Of a stretch of DNA of 64,000 nucleotides, positions 50,376 to 63,600 are shown piece after piece; position 1 is the stretch's first letter, and each line of letters begins with the position of its first letter. The stretch lies in assembly GCA_036172245.1 (NCBI GenBank), contig JAYWIR010000052.1, forward strand, positions 124,001 through 188,000, written 5' to 3'. This DNA comes from Raillietiella orientalis. Lineage: Eukaryota. The position numbers and the translations under genes were made by a program. The notes beneath the pieces were generated by a model, which was given only the letters and a program-made list of their open reading frames with translations, was not told the DNA's origin and searched no databases.

Positions 50376-53300
50376 TTATTCCCTTGGACTTACGTTAGGG
50401 ACAGCGTTTTCCTCCGTGTTAGCTTGCTTCTCGTTAGTTTGCAGATCGAAATACACCACAATCCCCCAGTGGTCACTTGGAAACGCTTGTGTGCCACGTA
50501 TCTTTTGAATCCCGAGCAATCCAAAGTGTACAGGGTGGAACTGGGGTGGTGAACTGTGACGGAGGTACACTCTGTCGAATCTCATCCTTGGCCGGTAGCT
50601 ACTGCTGAGCTCAATATTCGAATTCCGTGTACTGTCCCACGTGAATTCACACTCTTTCCTTTTGCCACAAGTCAACCACAAATCCTCCACGACCGACGGC
50701 ACCCGGCCGTTTACCTGACAATCACGTCTGTTAAAATTTTCATAAGCAAATAAAAAAAGGAAACAAAAAGTGCAATATACTTCTTTATCACGTAAATTTA
50801 AATCACCAGCAAAGATGACTGTTCTATTTGAGCAAGTATTTATCATTTCTTCAAAACCGACTTTCAACTGTTCTATTCTCTGAAGGGAATACGCACCAGT
50901 GCTTTCAAGATGTGAATTAATGAGTTTCAAATTTGCTAACCAGGAACGGGCCTAAAACATGGCATTAAAGAAACTTCATGTTATTGCAAATACTAATACT
51001 TTTAGCAAAATCATGTTCAAGTTTACACTTTCCATACATTGTACAAAGGGCTCCAGCAATACATAAACCTCAGAAATTTGTAATGCGATTCATACACCTG
51101 TTTGAATCATATATGTACATGTTGAAAACGCACAAATGCAAAGCTTCTTTTATAACGATTTTGAAATCATTTCTCAATATGTGTCCTCTTGATCCCAAAC
51201 TCTTAGCCTGCTATCACATTTTAGTCCTAGATACTCTTAATCTGAGAAATGAAATCCGATTGCAGTGCACGCAATCCTTCTGAACCTTGGGCTTTTCCCA
51301 AACAGTCTGGGAAAAAACCTTTTTGTCCATTCGCGTCCTAAGAAACTGAGGCTTAGCACTTTTTACGTTTTAATTACAGGCATTAACTTTTCACCATTCT
51401 GCACAGGTAGTCATTTTCTTGAAAACGAGCACTTCGAGACCTTCAGTTAAACAAAAAGAAACGCGCACACACAAATTCGACATCAAAATTCGATTGGAGA
51501 AGGGAATAAAACTTCAGTTCCAATTGCTTTCAGAATTTTGCTCATCAAGCAACTGATTTAATGTGGACTATCGTTTCCTATTTATTTTATTCCTTGTCCT
51601 TGGGATAATGCAAAAACTGACAATTCATATAAGTATCTGAAACTTCTATCGGCATATATTTTTGATTTCAGTTTTTGGATAGCAGATCAACCAGAGTACA
51701 CAAAGGCAATGGTTTGCAAAATATCACTTAATTTCGGGCCGCCTTGGGGCGAAAATTAAGGATTGAATTTTAATTTCAATATCATTCTATGGAATTTCTT
51801 CCTTCAGGGATGCAATCTTCTAATGACACAAGAAAAGCTATGGCTAAATAGTGAAAGCTATTAGTAATACCCCATTAAAATCAAGTATATGGAAATTTTC
51901 CTAACAGTTCAAAGTCTCCCAACAAATTGCACCATGAATCTAGTTCACCGTGAAGCAAGCTTTTTTTCTTCTGGAAACAAAAAAAAAAAACAAAAAGTTT
52001 CTTCTAGGAAAATCTGCAAACTGCTCATATATTGGATGATATATCATCTATTCTAGCATGTCTGTTGATTCACTCAAATTTACCTAAATTCCCAAAATAT
52101 TGGAATGTTCTTCCTCGAAACTAAACCAACTGTGGAATGGTATACATTTTGCAATGTATTCATAAAAAATGAATTCATCCTTAAATCGATTTAAAGACAT
52201 GTTACTGTGTAGACAACTGATTAGTTACCCCAAACAAGGATTTATTAAAACGTTTGGAGAAGGTACAAAATTTTTTATTACGTTCTTTTGTCTCAATTGA
52301 AAAACAAGGTCATTTGTTTCAATTTCATTTGAGATTCACATGTAAAAGCTCTAAAACTGTCTAGTTGAATTCCCTCCCTCTTAATCTCCTGAAAAACGAA
52401 AACAAAAACAGAGACTAAGCTTGACAGCATTATATATCTGAATATTTTTCTAGAATCCAAAAAATGATAAGTATGTAGTTGAACACTGTGAACAGATTGC
52501 TAATTGTGAAGATGTTTCAATCACTTGTTTAGAATAACAAACCATTTCAGAAGTAATGAAGGCTGAAGTGCGTGATCAATAAAAATGTATTTACTTTCAC
52601 CAAAATGATATTAGGTAGGAGAAAAAAAAGAAAAAAGAAAAAAAAAAACCTCACATTTGAAGTAAGGTACAATCAACCTCAATCTGACCTATGGCAATGC
52701 TATTTCAACACAGCATTGATATCATTTTGGCCTTTCATCTCCATACTTGCCACAGTCATAGAAATGAATTCTGTTGAAATGTGATTAAAGCTGACAACCT
52801 GCACTGATAAACAAATAAAATATTTCAAAATAAAAGATGCAAAAGAAACTCATGTTAGATATATGAGTAGCAGACATATGGAACACTTTAAACTAAACCA
52901 CAAAACATATGCCTTAGAGAATTAAAAAGATCAAAACAAATAACCATAAAAGCATCATTTATCGATAAATCAGCATGATTGTAAATAAGCACCACAAAAT
53001 AAAGACTTATAAAAGAAAATCAAAGGGCAAAGAAGAAAATCAATTTTAAACATCCATTGAGTACATAACTTAAAAAGGTACTTTCGAATTCTGAAGGTGT
53101 GTTTCAATCTTCTAGCTCCTTTTTGAAAATTCTAACTCTGAAATTCTTGTTAAGGCCCTGTTGCGGTTAAAACATGCAGCAACACATTTAGAAACCACAC
53201 ATCAGAAAGTAAAAAGACATGCCAAACCTTTAAGTTATGTTTACAACATGACTATGGAATAAACAAATGGATCTCATTTTATGGAGGTCACAATGAAGAG

Positions 53301-54451
53301 TGAAAATTCACCAGAAAAAAATGCAATAATACAATTAAATCGTATGTATGAGTAGGTCCAATAGTACAACGAATTGTGCTACAACACTGCAAACCTAGCA
53401 CACTCGAAAATCTTAACAACTCTTCCAGGTAATAATACTACATCAGAAAAAGAAATGATATAAATTTGCATGTACGTTGCTTTCATTGAAATATTAAAAA
53501 TAAAGCTTCTGATATATAATTTTGAGACCACACACAACAAAAGTTAATAAGCCAAGTCATGGATTCTCTTTTTGCCAATGAAATAAACCAGCATGCATAA
53601 AGTAATATCTTAGTACAGAATATAAAATGTGATTTGGTTATGAATGCTCAGCCTTTGTTAAAAACAAACACAATGCAAAATTTTATCCATGGACCACATT
53701 TCAAATAACATTTAATGTCACTGCTACAAGATAACAAGTGCAGACTATCAAGTTATTCAATTTTACTTACTTCTACTATTAGCAAATCTCGGTTCATCAC
53801 AGATCCTGGAAAAGGCTTTATCACATGTTTATCATATGTAACAGTTGATTTTTTCAACAGCGTAAGAGTGAAATAATCCTGAGTTCTTTCAGTACCTCCA
53901 ATTATAAGATACTGTGGTAGCTTGATCTTTATGTACTTATAGATATCGGGAATCACTTCTTGAAAAAACACTACATCTGGCTCCTCACTAGAGAAATGAA
54001 ATTTTGCAGAAAACTCAAAACTCAAAACTTACGTGCTGATTATGGTGCATGCTGCTTTTATGCGCATTTTAATGTTCCGCGGATTTAATCCATCTATGTT
54101 CCAAGTAATGAATTTGAAGGGGCATACAGAAGACAAAGACTGGGTTGCAAATGATGAAGTACTACATGAGTTAAAAGCTTGTCAAAAATATATCCACAAA
54201 TAAATTTGACTTGCCGCTTATTTTCATCATCATCATTTGTTGCATCAGAAGTGGATTTATAATAATCTTCCACAGATTTCTATTTAACAATTCATGACTG
54301 CACATGTGTACCACTGTCTTACTTGAAGATCCCAGTTCCTGTCTTGTAAAAAAAATTGGGCACATGCTTCATCAGTTGCAGTGATTTCAACAAATTGCTC
54401 ACATAAACTTTGACATGTGGTTACATCAGGAATATCGTTGGCATCGGACAT
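50376..54451 (-). CDS. TDP2: Tyrosyl-DNA phosphodiesterase 2 (UBA-like plus EEP domain), multi-exon
   Basis: CEQFVEITATDEACAQFFLQDRNWDL, FITWNIDGL, PDVVFFQEV, FPGSVMNRDL, NSHLES, FAGDLNLRD, TWDSTRN, MRFDRV, FPSDHWGI. Confidence 0.95.
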
Positions 54452-54962
54452 TTTGTACAAAAATAAGCTATCTGAATGATACTTTCTATTTCGAATTACA
54501 AAAGGAATGAGGAAAAAACTGGAATGCACAAACACATGTAAATGCATGATTACTTATCTACAACATACACATTCAACAGAATAAAAACATTGCATAAAAG
54601 ACTCGGAATTTACGATTAGAACATTACATGCTGAGAATACTTGAAGCATGATCAAGTAATCTAATTAGCACCATTACTCAATTCTTCCAAGATATTTTAT
54701 TATCAGAAAAACCCTCAAACAATCACAAGTTTCCGAGAAAAACCACACGGAATGGCAACAGAAAATTTTCACGATGCAGACAAGGACAATTTACATTAGC
54801 ATGCGCAGCTCAGTAACATCCAACAAATCGGAAAGATTATATCCCTGTGCTAAAGGAGCAAAGATTTATTTATGAACTCTTTTTCAATGGTTTTCACAGT
54901 TGGTTCTATGTCTCATGTTCCCATTGTTTGGAAAACATGAACTGCAAAACATAATAAAGATT

Positions 54963-57408
54963 TTATTTTGGGGGAACTTCTTCTTCTTTCTCAAAAGCTT
55001 TGATCATTTCTTCTTTCTTTTTGAGCTGCTTTTCTTCCCTTCTCTTTTTGGCTTCTCTTACCTTCAATCTTCTTGCATCAGCTTGATCACTGGAATTAAA
55101 AATATGTACGATATGAAGCTTATATATGCAAACAACTTGAATATGAATTAGACCTTATCACTATATGTCTTAATATGAAACTATATGTCTTTGAAACACA
55201 AAAGTTTCTTACATAAAGAAAACGTTTTTTTCCCTTCTTTTAGACAGAAAATGTATCATTAACTATGACCTTTAATTTATTAATAATGACATATTGATGC
55301 AACAATCACTAACATTGACTTCAACATCTTAAATCATTAATGAAAATATTCAATATTTTCCATACAAGTTTTCCAACTAAATAAAAACGAGCGGTAGGAA
55401 AATCACAAAAAAAAAGTAATGCACATGCTATGAAACGATAATATAGAAGCATGCATAGGAAAAACTTTTTACCTCAGCATCTTACTACGAGCTTTTTCAG
55501 CCTTCTTTTTATGGATGAATTCCATCAAAACTCTTTTGTTTTTAAAAACATTACCTAATGAACCATTAATATGGATACACTTAATTTATATAATTACAAT
55601 TACCTTTTGCTTTCATGTAAAGCACATGATAAAGATGACGGTCAATTTTTTTGCTTTCCCGATATTTTTTTAACAGTTTTCTTAAAACCCTCATACGTTT
55701 CATCCATAATTGCTATAAAAACTTAGTAACATGTTATCTGCATTTGAATGCTTACTTTCTGGGGCATTCTAGCATTCGCTGTTCCTTTCCTTTTTCCAAT
55801 ACCAGTGTGACGGCCTTTCCTGCGGGCTAATGTATTTTTTCTAACACGTGCTCGGGAATGAACTGCAACTGCCTTTCTTATGATAAATCCATCTTTAATC
55901 AGTTTCCTTACATTCTGTCCTATAAACACATCAAGAATAGCAGCTATTAATTAAAACTGAGATCAACTTACTTGAATTGGCATTTGCAATATCATTAACT
56001 TCATTGGGATCCAACCAAACTTTTTTCTTACCACACTTCAGAACTGCTGCAGCAAGTCTCTTTTGTAATCGTAAGGAGCTAAAATCCAAAACAATCATAA
56101 TTTCTTATTTGTAAGTAAGGAAAAAGTCAGCTTTCATGTCTACCCCCTAATTGCAGCATACATATGAGAACAACCATTTCATGCCAACTGTATTAAAAGT
56201 TCCCTCTGCATATACATCTTCAAAGCAAAAGGAACTTTAAGATTTTGTATCTCAAGATACATGGTTTCATGCAATGCACAAGTCATTATGCATGCCATCC
56301 ATTATAAAAAAAGGTCTTTCTTTTAAAATAAGCGAAGTAATAATAAATTCCTTATCTGAAGAAATAGGTACTTTACATTATTTACTCAGAAAACTGGATG
56401 CATGGTTACAGCATCATGCATGGTTAAGCTTGCGATATTGTGATATTGATACTTATTTCAAATTTAAATGTTTTTTGGATAGAACTTTGGAATATCTATA
56501 CGTAAATAATATTTAATATGTCATTCAAGAATAATTATTTATTATGAATCCGGTCAATTTTTTCAGGTAAAAGACTGGATCTCCATGCTTTCATAAAATT
56601 TAAAATTTCTTACATTTTAGAATGTTTCCCATGCACACCCAACAACGTAAAAAAATAAAATCATGACCAAGGAGATTCTGTTAATAAATCATCTGGTTTT
56701 AAATCACACATTTATCATCCATAAATTTGTCACATTCGACATTTTCTTGTTTTACCTTCATGGATTATTCACTAAGTAATTCCGAACGAAACTTTTAAAA
56801 TCAAAACAATACAAATAACTTGAATCATGCAACATGGCAGTGTTCGAAACAGCAACAGTACTAACCAGTATTTGCACACATCTCAGCGTGCACATATTTA
56901 AGACATGCTAGTACATACTGCATTGCACACAGCTTGCACTTCCAAAACAGAATAAGCAGTTAAAAAATGCATTAAACAACTTAATAACGATATTCACATA
57001 ACTGATAAGAATAGCCTGTTACGAAGGCACGCAAATAAAAAAAAAACTTATGCAATGACCACACGTTTTTACTGTGAATGGCATTAATGAGCACATTGGA
57101 AAGTTGATTATTACTTTGACTTTTGATGACTGATACTATTGTAATACTAAGCACTTTTCGTAAAACGACGATACTGTAACAGCCCTCATACAAAGACTGG
57201 GTTCGCGAATGTGTTTACTGGAGCCAAAAAATCAACCATTTTTCCTGATACACAAAGTAGTAACCATAAACAACACCAGGATTTTTTTTAAAAAAAGTAA
57301 TACGACATAATAATAATGAAAAATTTCTTCTACATGTTTCGTTCCTTAATGCTAAATTCACAACAAAAGCACAAGAAACTTGAAAACAAAACTGAAAACT
57401 TACCTCAT
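54963..57408 (-). CDS. RPL19: 60S ribosomal protein L19 (eL19), multi-exon with a 5-nt first coding segment
   Basis: ATGAG|GTAAGT at 57408-57404 joined to 56078 gives [28 protein letters not shown]. Further motifs [66 protein letters not shown], and stop at 54963. Confidence 0.97.
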
Positions 57409-59045
57409 TTTTCAAAAACGCTCCGCTGCTACATACACCGGAAATGCTACTGAAGAATGTACCAAATCTCGATCTTGAGATTCCTTGTACAGATATAATT
57501 ACATTCTTTTAAAGTTGAAAATAATTCAGTTTGAAATAAGAAATAACCCGAAAAATTCATAGAGAAGCTCTTTTTTCGAAATATAAAAATTTATCCATAT
57601 TTTTGTCAAACAAAACCTATTATACAAAATGGATCTTTTCTGAGTTCTAAATTTCATACAGGGATGCAGTAGAAAATTAAATGGTGAGAGTTTCTGATCG
57701 TTTAATAGAATCAAGTTGAATGTATACAAAGCACAACAGAATAAAGGTCCGAGATAATAACAACAAATAAATAAGGAGTGTCTTGGATGATTCTCTTTAG
57801 AGTTGTATTCAAATCTTTAGAAATCATTCCCTTTATTCATGCTTATTGCTGCAAGATTTTCTTATTTCTCTGCAATGTTTTATTACTACAAGCACTGTCT
57901 TCTTTTAATAATACGTTTAAATATTTTCTTGATATTATATCCGTTATTCTGAAATAAAGACGAATTTGAAAAAAATACGTGCGGACATACAATGCAAGGA
58001 AACAAAAAAATACACAAAATATAGCGCCAGAAAGCATAAAATTTTGAACGAAACCTTTCATAAGAAATTTATGGAATTCATTTACATCTTGCATAGGGAG
58101 AAGCTGATTTTTATTAAAGAAATTAATCAGTTACTGAAAAATTCTTGAAAATATGAATTCAAATTATTTCGCATGATTTTACTAGTTACCACGAAGTGCA
58201 AAGAATTTTCAGGAATGAAATTAATGAGTAATCCATGCATACTCATGCAATCAGTTGAGTAATCAAAATATGAAATTGTTGTGTGAACATTAGAGCGCAA
58301 TAAGTATTGTGATTGTATTATTCGGTTCTGAAATGAATGAGAAATCAAGTTCTTGCTATGGATTCGATGAAAGGCGTTTTCAGCTTTGAATCTGTCCTGA
58401 TGTTCCCGTGGAATTACGAGATCCCTGTTTTGAGGATAAGGTTCTGAGAATCACCAAAGCGCATCGTAAAGTTCTAGCCTACAATTTAGATGTTTCCAAT
58501 ACGCAATCTAGTATTTCCTCATAAAGAACACCAGACTCTTATAAGAGAAAGATCATTTCTCATAGCATCATAGAGATACCATAGTGCATAACAAGCACTT
58601 TTAATTTAATGGCAACATTGAACCAAGAAATCTTTTGAAACGAAGCATAGGAGCGGTATATCAAGCTACCAATCCAGTCCAATGAGAGTGGAATTAAAAA
58701 AAAATCCGTTGCTGAATCATAAAGGCTGCAAACAAGCAAATCCAATTCTTGCTTCTCCGTAAGGTGTTTTCAAGTTTTGTTTAAAACTCGGCAGCTGTTT
58801 GTCAAGCAATATGCTTTTGTCAAACAAAAAGCTACACTCAAAAACAAGTTTTTAGCGGAATGAACAAAAATGATATCGAGACAGTTAAAATGAAGCATTT
58901 TATTTTCAAGACTATACTGGAATCTGAGCTCTTTACTGAGATCTTTAAAGTTTTTAAATGGTGAAAACTCAATTGTGCATGTGTTCTGTCAAAATGCTTT
59001 TCAAATTTATGTGGGAGTTGGAACATTCGTTTCTTACTCTAGATG

Positions 59046-59640
59046 CCACCCTATTCACGTCTCTAGAAAGAGAAAGGAGAGGAGCCAAACTGAGAATAGG
59101 GTAATTCAAGGTACACACCATGAGTCTCCCAAAAGAACCAAGACTGCCACAAATGGGTTTATGAGAACCAATGGAGACAGCAGAGCACCTCCTGATGTTC
59201 TATCATGAAGGAATCCTGAGCGGGTCCAGGATGAAGCAATTTACAGGAGCAAGAACAGATGAGGACTGCAAAGCATGCGGGGATGTGGACACAAGACTCC
59301 ATATCTTGACCTGCCCCACAATACATCAAGACTGGGTCATAGGGCTGCGGAATTACTCGCCAACGGAGGTCCTAGCCAAGATGTTTCAAGTGGAAACGTC
59401 CCTTGTTACAACCCTACGGTTAGGACGATCATTGCCCTATTCATCACCGCCATCCTCATCAAATGGTGGAAGATTAGGACCTCCAAAACCGCCGTATCTC
59501 CAATGCAAATCCTGAGAGGGATTATCCAAAAAGAGATATGCATAAGGAACTGTGGCAGAGTGCCAGCCTGGACTTATCGATACATCCTAAAAAGGATCAA
59601 GGATAATGCCCAGGTTCAATCAGTGCCCACCCTACCCTAG
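59046..59640 (+). mobile_element. Non-LTR retrotransposon (L1/Tx1-like) ORF2 C-terminal remnant, frameshifted
   Basis: CKACGDVDTRLHILTCP is the C-terminal CCHC knuckle. A shifted frame then gives IIALFITAILIKWWKIR, like the post-knuckle W..R helix. GC content is higher than the flanks. Confidence 0.7.
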
Positions 59641-60656
59641 TGCAGAACCTCAGTGTAGTGACTCCAAGGAAGTAAACTTCAGTAAGAACACAATCGACAG
59701 TGTTCCAAGTCGATGGAACGAATGAGCTTGTAGGGTGAATTAAGAGAAAATAAATTTACCCCAACCCTTGTGGGATTTGCGGAGAAATTGAGGCATGTAT
59801 TTGATAGCCTATGTCTTTCGCGTCTGTATAAATTCTTTATTTTGGAAACCTGAACTTCTAATATTTTAATGTTTGCAACAATCCTTCTCTGTGAAAGCAT
59901 CGAACATGAAAATTTTCCACTACCAAAGTCGTGTTTATGCTAGATCATAGTTTTAAAACACTCTGTCATGGGTTGACAGAAATGCTATTCTACTGCTTAC
60001 CGCAATAGCACTGAATTCCATGTTTTCAGTGAATTAACTCTTGCTCGTATGGAAGTGTTGCACAGCTTTTTCGGAGAGATGGACTTGGTAGCAGTGTCAA
60101 CCGGAGCGAAACCTGATACAATGTTTACAGATGTTCTATACTGATTTCAATAACATATGAAAAAAACTGGTATGCACACCTACTGGATTTAGTGTGCAGT
60201 ATACGCTTATAGGTATGGTCGATTCACCGCTACATTTAATTGTGTATGAAGTCGTAGTTTCTGCTGAAACTTGTAAGTTGCTTTTGTTCTAATGTCATCT
60301 CATGAAAAGTTTCAAAGTTTGATTACATAACGAACAGTTTATCGTTCAAATGCCACGGTAGACTTTTTCTTAACTGCTATGATGCTTTGTAACTTTCCCA
60401 TAGTTTTGTAGTTTTTTAGTGTTGTGATTATTTTGTGAAGTGCTACAGGCAAATATCAGTACGTTGGAAAAAGATCATACACTTGCTACGCTGCTTCGAT
60501 TTAAACCGATATAAATTTTCATCATTTCAAAATTGCTTATAATACTTTCGCTAATTTATCTGTCCAATGTAGGATTCATTTATTTACTTTTCAACAATTC
60601 CCAAACTAGCAATTATAATGACTGGATAAATATGAATCTGTTTATTGATTGGAAGC

Positions 60657-63600
60657 ATGGAGTGTTCACAGCCTGGAACATGTTCAAACAGTTCAGTTAA
60701 GAGTTGTTTGGAACTGTTGACTTTCAAACACATTATAAGCACAGGTGAGAAATTTTCAATGTACTATTATAATTTTCAAGTGCTGCTGGTTGTACAGGAT
60801 TTGTTGTATACGATTCAATTTCCTTTCAATTACAGTTCCCCATTGGTAGGTAATTGTCATGTAGTTATATCTCTATTCTCTAAATGTTTTCTTGGTGTTT
60901 AACGAAACTTATATGAGTTTGAAAATGAATACGAAAGAGTTATTGATTTAAAAGCTGTGCTTGAGTAATTATAGGAAAAAAAAAAGTGAAGAGTCTTTAC
61001 AATAGCAGTTGGAAATACGCAGTTTGACAGTGCACATGTTCTGTAATAACATTTCATATTCAGGTGGTTTAACTCAAGATGGATGCCCTATTCTGACATT
61101 TCCTGATGAAATTGATTTCACTACTCTCAAATTAGAAGATTATCGAAAATTAATTCTTTATCTCTGTTCTTTGTCACTGTAAGTTGGTTATTGTTCTTTT
61201 TAATCATCCAACTAATTTTCATGCAGAATGCCTGATGTTGGTAAAGGGTTTGTGTTGATCATTGACAGGAGGAAAAGTAAATGGCATACGGTTCAAGATT
61301 GCTTGCAGTATATCAAAGTAAATATAATTTGTAAGGTGATATTCATGCAAATAGAATTTCTTTCCTGCTCCTGTGCATCAAATTTATGTCTTGTTGCCCT
61401 CTGGCATTTGGCAGCGCTTCCTTCTAAGTTTGAATCAACTTGTTAGAAATACAGCACTGTCAGAGGTGGGATAATAGTGAAAAGGAAGTAAATAATTTCA
61501 AAAAATCCAGATGGTAACATGCAGTCATGTTGAAGATCTGCATAAAAGAGTGGATCGGAGTCAACTAACCTATGATTTAGGTGGTATGCTTGCATATGAA
61601 CATGAGTGCTGGATGCAGCAGCAGCAGGTGAAAGCAATAAACAAGGACTTGTGATCATTTATGTTTACAGGGCGTGGAAGAATTTAACACAGAGGTGCAG
61701 ACTACAGGAGATGCATGCTATTTGTTTTGTTCTATGTTAGAAAAAAACAAAGAAGCAGCTACAAGTTCTGGTCTTCAGTGTCTGTTGCATGCTCAACAGA
61801 AACAACATGATGACCTGGAAAAAGCTTTGAAAAAAACAATTACATCAGGAAATGACTTGCTATCCTATTTACATGATAAGAATATAAGTCCCATCCCCAA
61901 TTTAAGCAGTATTATTCGAGTGCAGAGGTATATGCAACATACAGCTTGAGTAGGCTATCATTGGCATTGCATCTAGATTGCTTGCACAGCTTAGTGAAAC
62001 AACAGATGCATTCAGCAATTTTTGGGAGCAGCACTTGCATGCTGTACTGGGTACTGTGGAGCTTTTGGATATAAAAGAAAAAATGGAGCAATTGAAAGTG
62101 GGCTAGAGCTGCTTAGTAGTACTTATTTTAATGATATAATTAGGTAGAATTGCAGACTGCCATGAATTTTCTGCAATTGCAACAGAGCTTACCTAGTGGA
62201 AATGAAATAAAAAAGCATTTGTCTGAAGCTCTCGAATTTCAGGAACGTAATTCGGTAAGACGAGATGCTTCTTGTATCCAGCAATTGTTGCTTGTTAGAT
62301 ACTGCTGTGTCAGCTTAAAGAACTGACTGCTGCAGGTGACAGTTTGTTGCTTCGCTATCATGATTATGAAGACGAGATTTCTTCAGAGAGCAAGAAACTG
62401 AGAGAGTTGCAAGAAGAATATGAAAGTCTCTTATCATGTTACATTCACCAACTGGAGCAGAAAAGTATTTTGTACAACTACATTGATGAGGTCCTAAATA
62501 GTGTTGTACATCACAAAGTCAATAAAGAATGCTCTATTTCAGGCAAACGTTTGGTGTCAGAGAGGAGTGACATTATTAGCTAATTGTAGTCAGGAATATA
62601 ACGTGACTCCTGTTGCAGCAGAAGCTGAACTGCTATCTGTGGAAAATTTCTTATTGGGCTGTGTGGAATTGCCTTCAATTCTACAAGAAGAAAAAGTTTT
62701 AAGTGATGAAGCAAAGAAACTGTTGCAGCAGGTGAGTAGAGTCACTCTCAGCCTTCTAACTGTCCACCCGTAACCTGGTTACAGGTGAAACATCGTATTG
62801 AGGATGTACATCACATGTGCAATCGTCGGAAAGAATTGCTGCAGAGGGTTGTCACACGTGGCAAACGTCCAGTGCAGTCCGTATTTCCCCTTTCTAATGA
62901 AACTATGAGTGAAGACAAACTTCGAACTGCAGTTACTTTGGATCGCGTGAGTCCACTTTACTGAGATCTGATTTTTTTGTTTCAAGGAGAATTGCCAGCG
63001 TCGCCAGCAGAAACATATTATCAGAGAACTTATGCAGACAGAGCACATATATGTTGAAGAGTTACATAATATCTTGCAGGTAATGTAAGAATGCAATGTC
63101 AAGTCATTGTTTACTCTATTCCTAGGGTTATGTGATTCCTTTAAGTGCCAAAGCATCTCATCTGGATGGTCTACCCAGTATCCTTTTTGGAAATTGGGAG
63201 CAACTTTATCGATTTCATCATGACGTTTTTCTTCCTGGACTTCAGCATTGTGGCTTTGATTTGAAACAGATTGGTGTTTTTTTTCTTGAACAGGTAGTTG
63301 AGCTTGTAGTTGGGTTAATGCTAATCAACAAAAAAAAATTATTGTTTAAGTAGTGGTCATGTCAAGCAGATTTTATCTTCTATTCACTATTTTCCCATTT
63401 AATTTTAAACATTCAGATTTCATTGCTGGTATTTTTTGAATTTCGATTTTGATTGCTCGATTTTTGCTTTCTTAAGTAATTGTTGGTAACTTGCTCTCCT
63501 GATCATCTCATCTTTCACCCCCTGATTATTGTGTGCGTCCCTTGATTTTTGCTATTTTAAACTTAGTTTTGAGTGATTACTCAAAGAAATCATCTTTGTG

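Noticed and set aside
51727..51760. Small inverted repeat CTTAATTT...AAATTAAG around a GC core
   Set aside because: Too short to call a MITE; no TSD or second copy seen.
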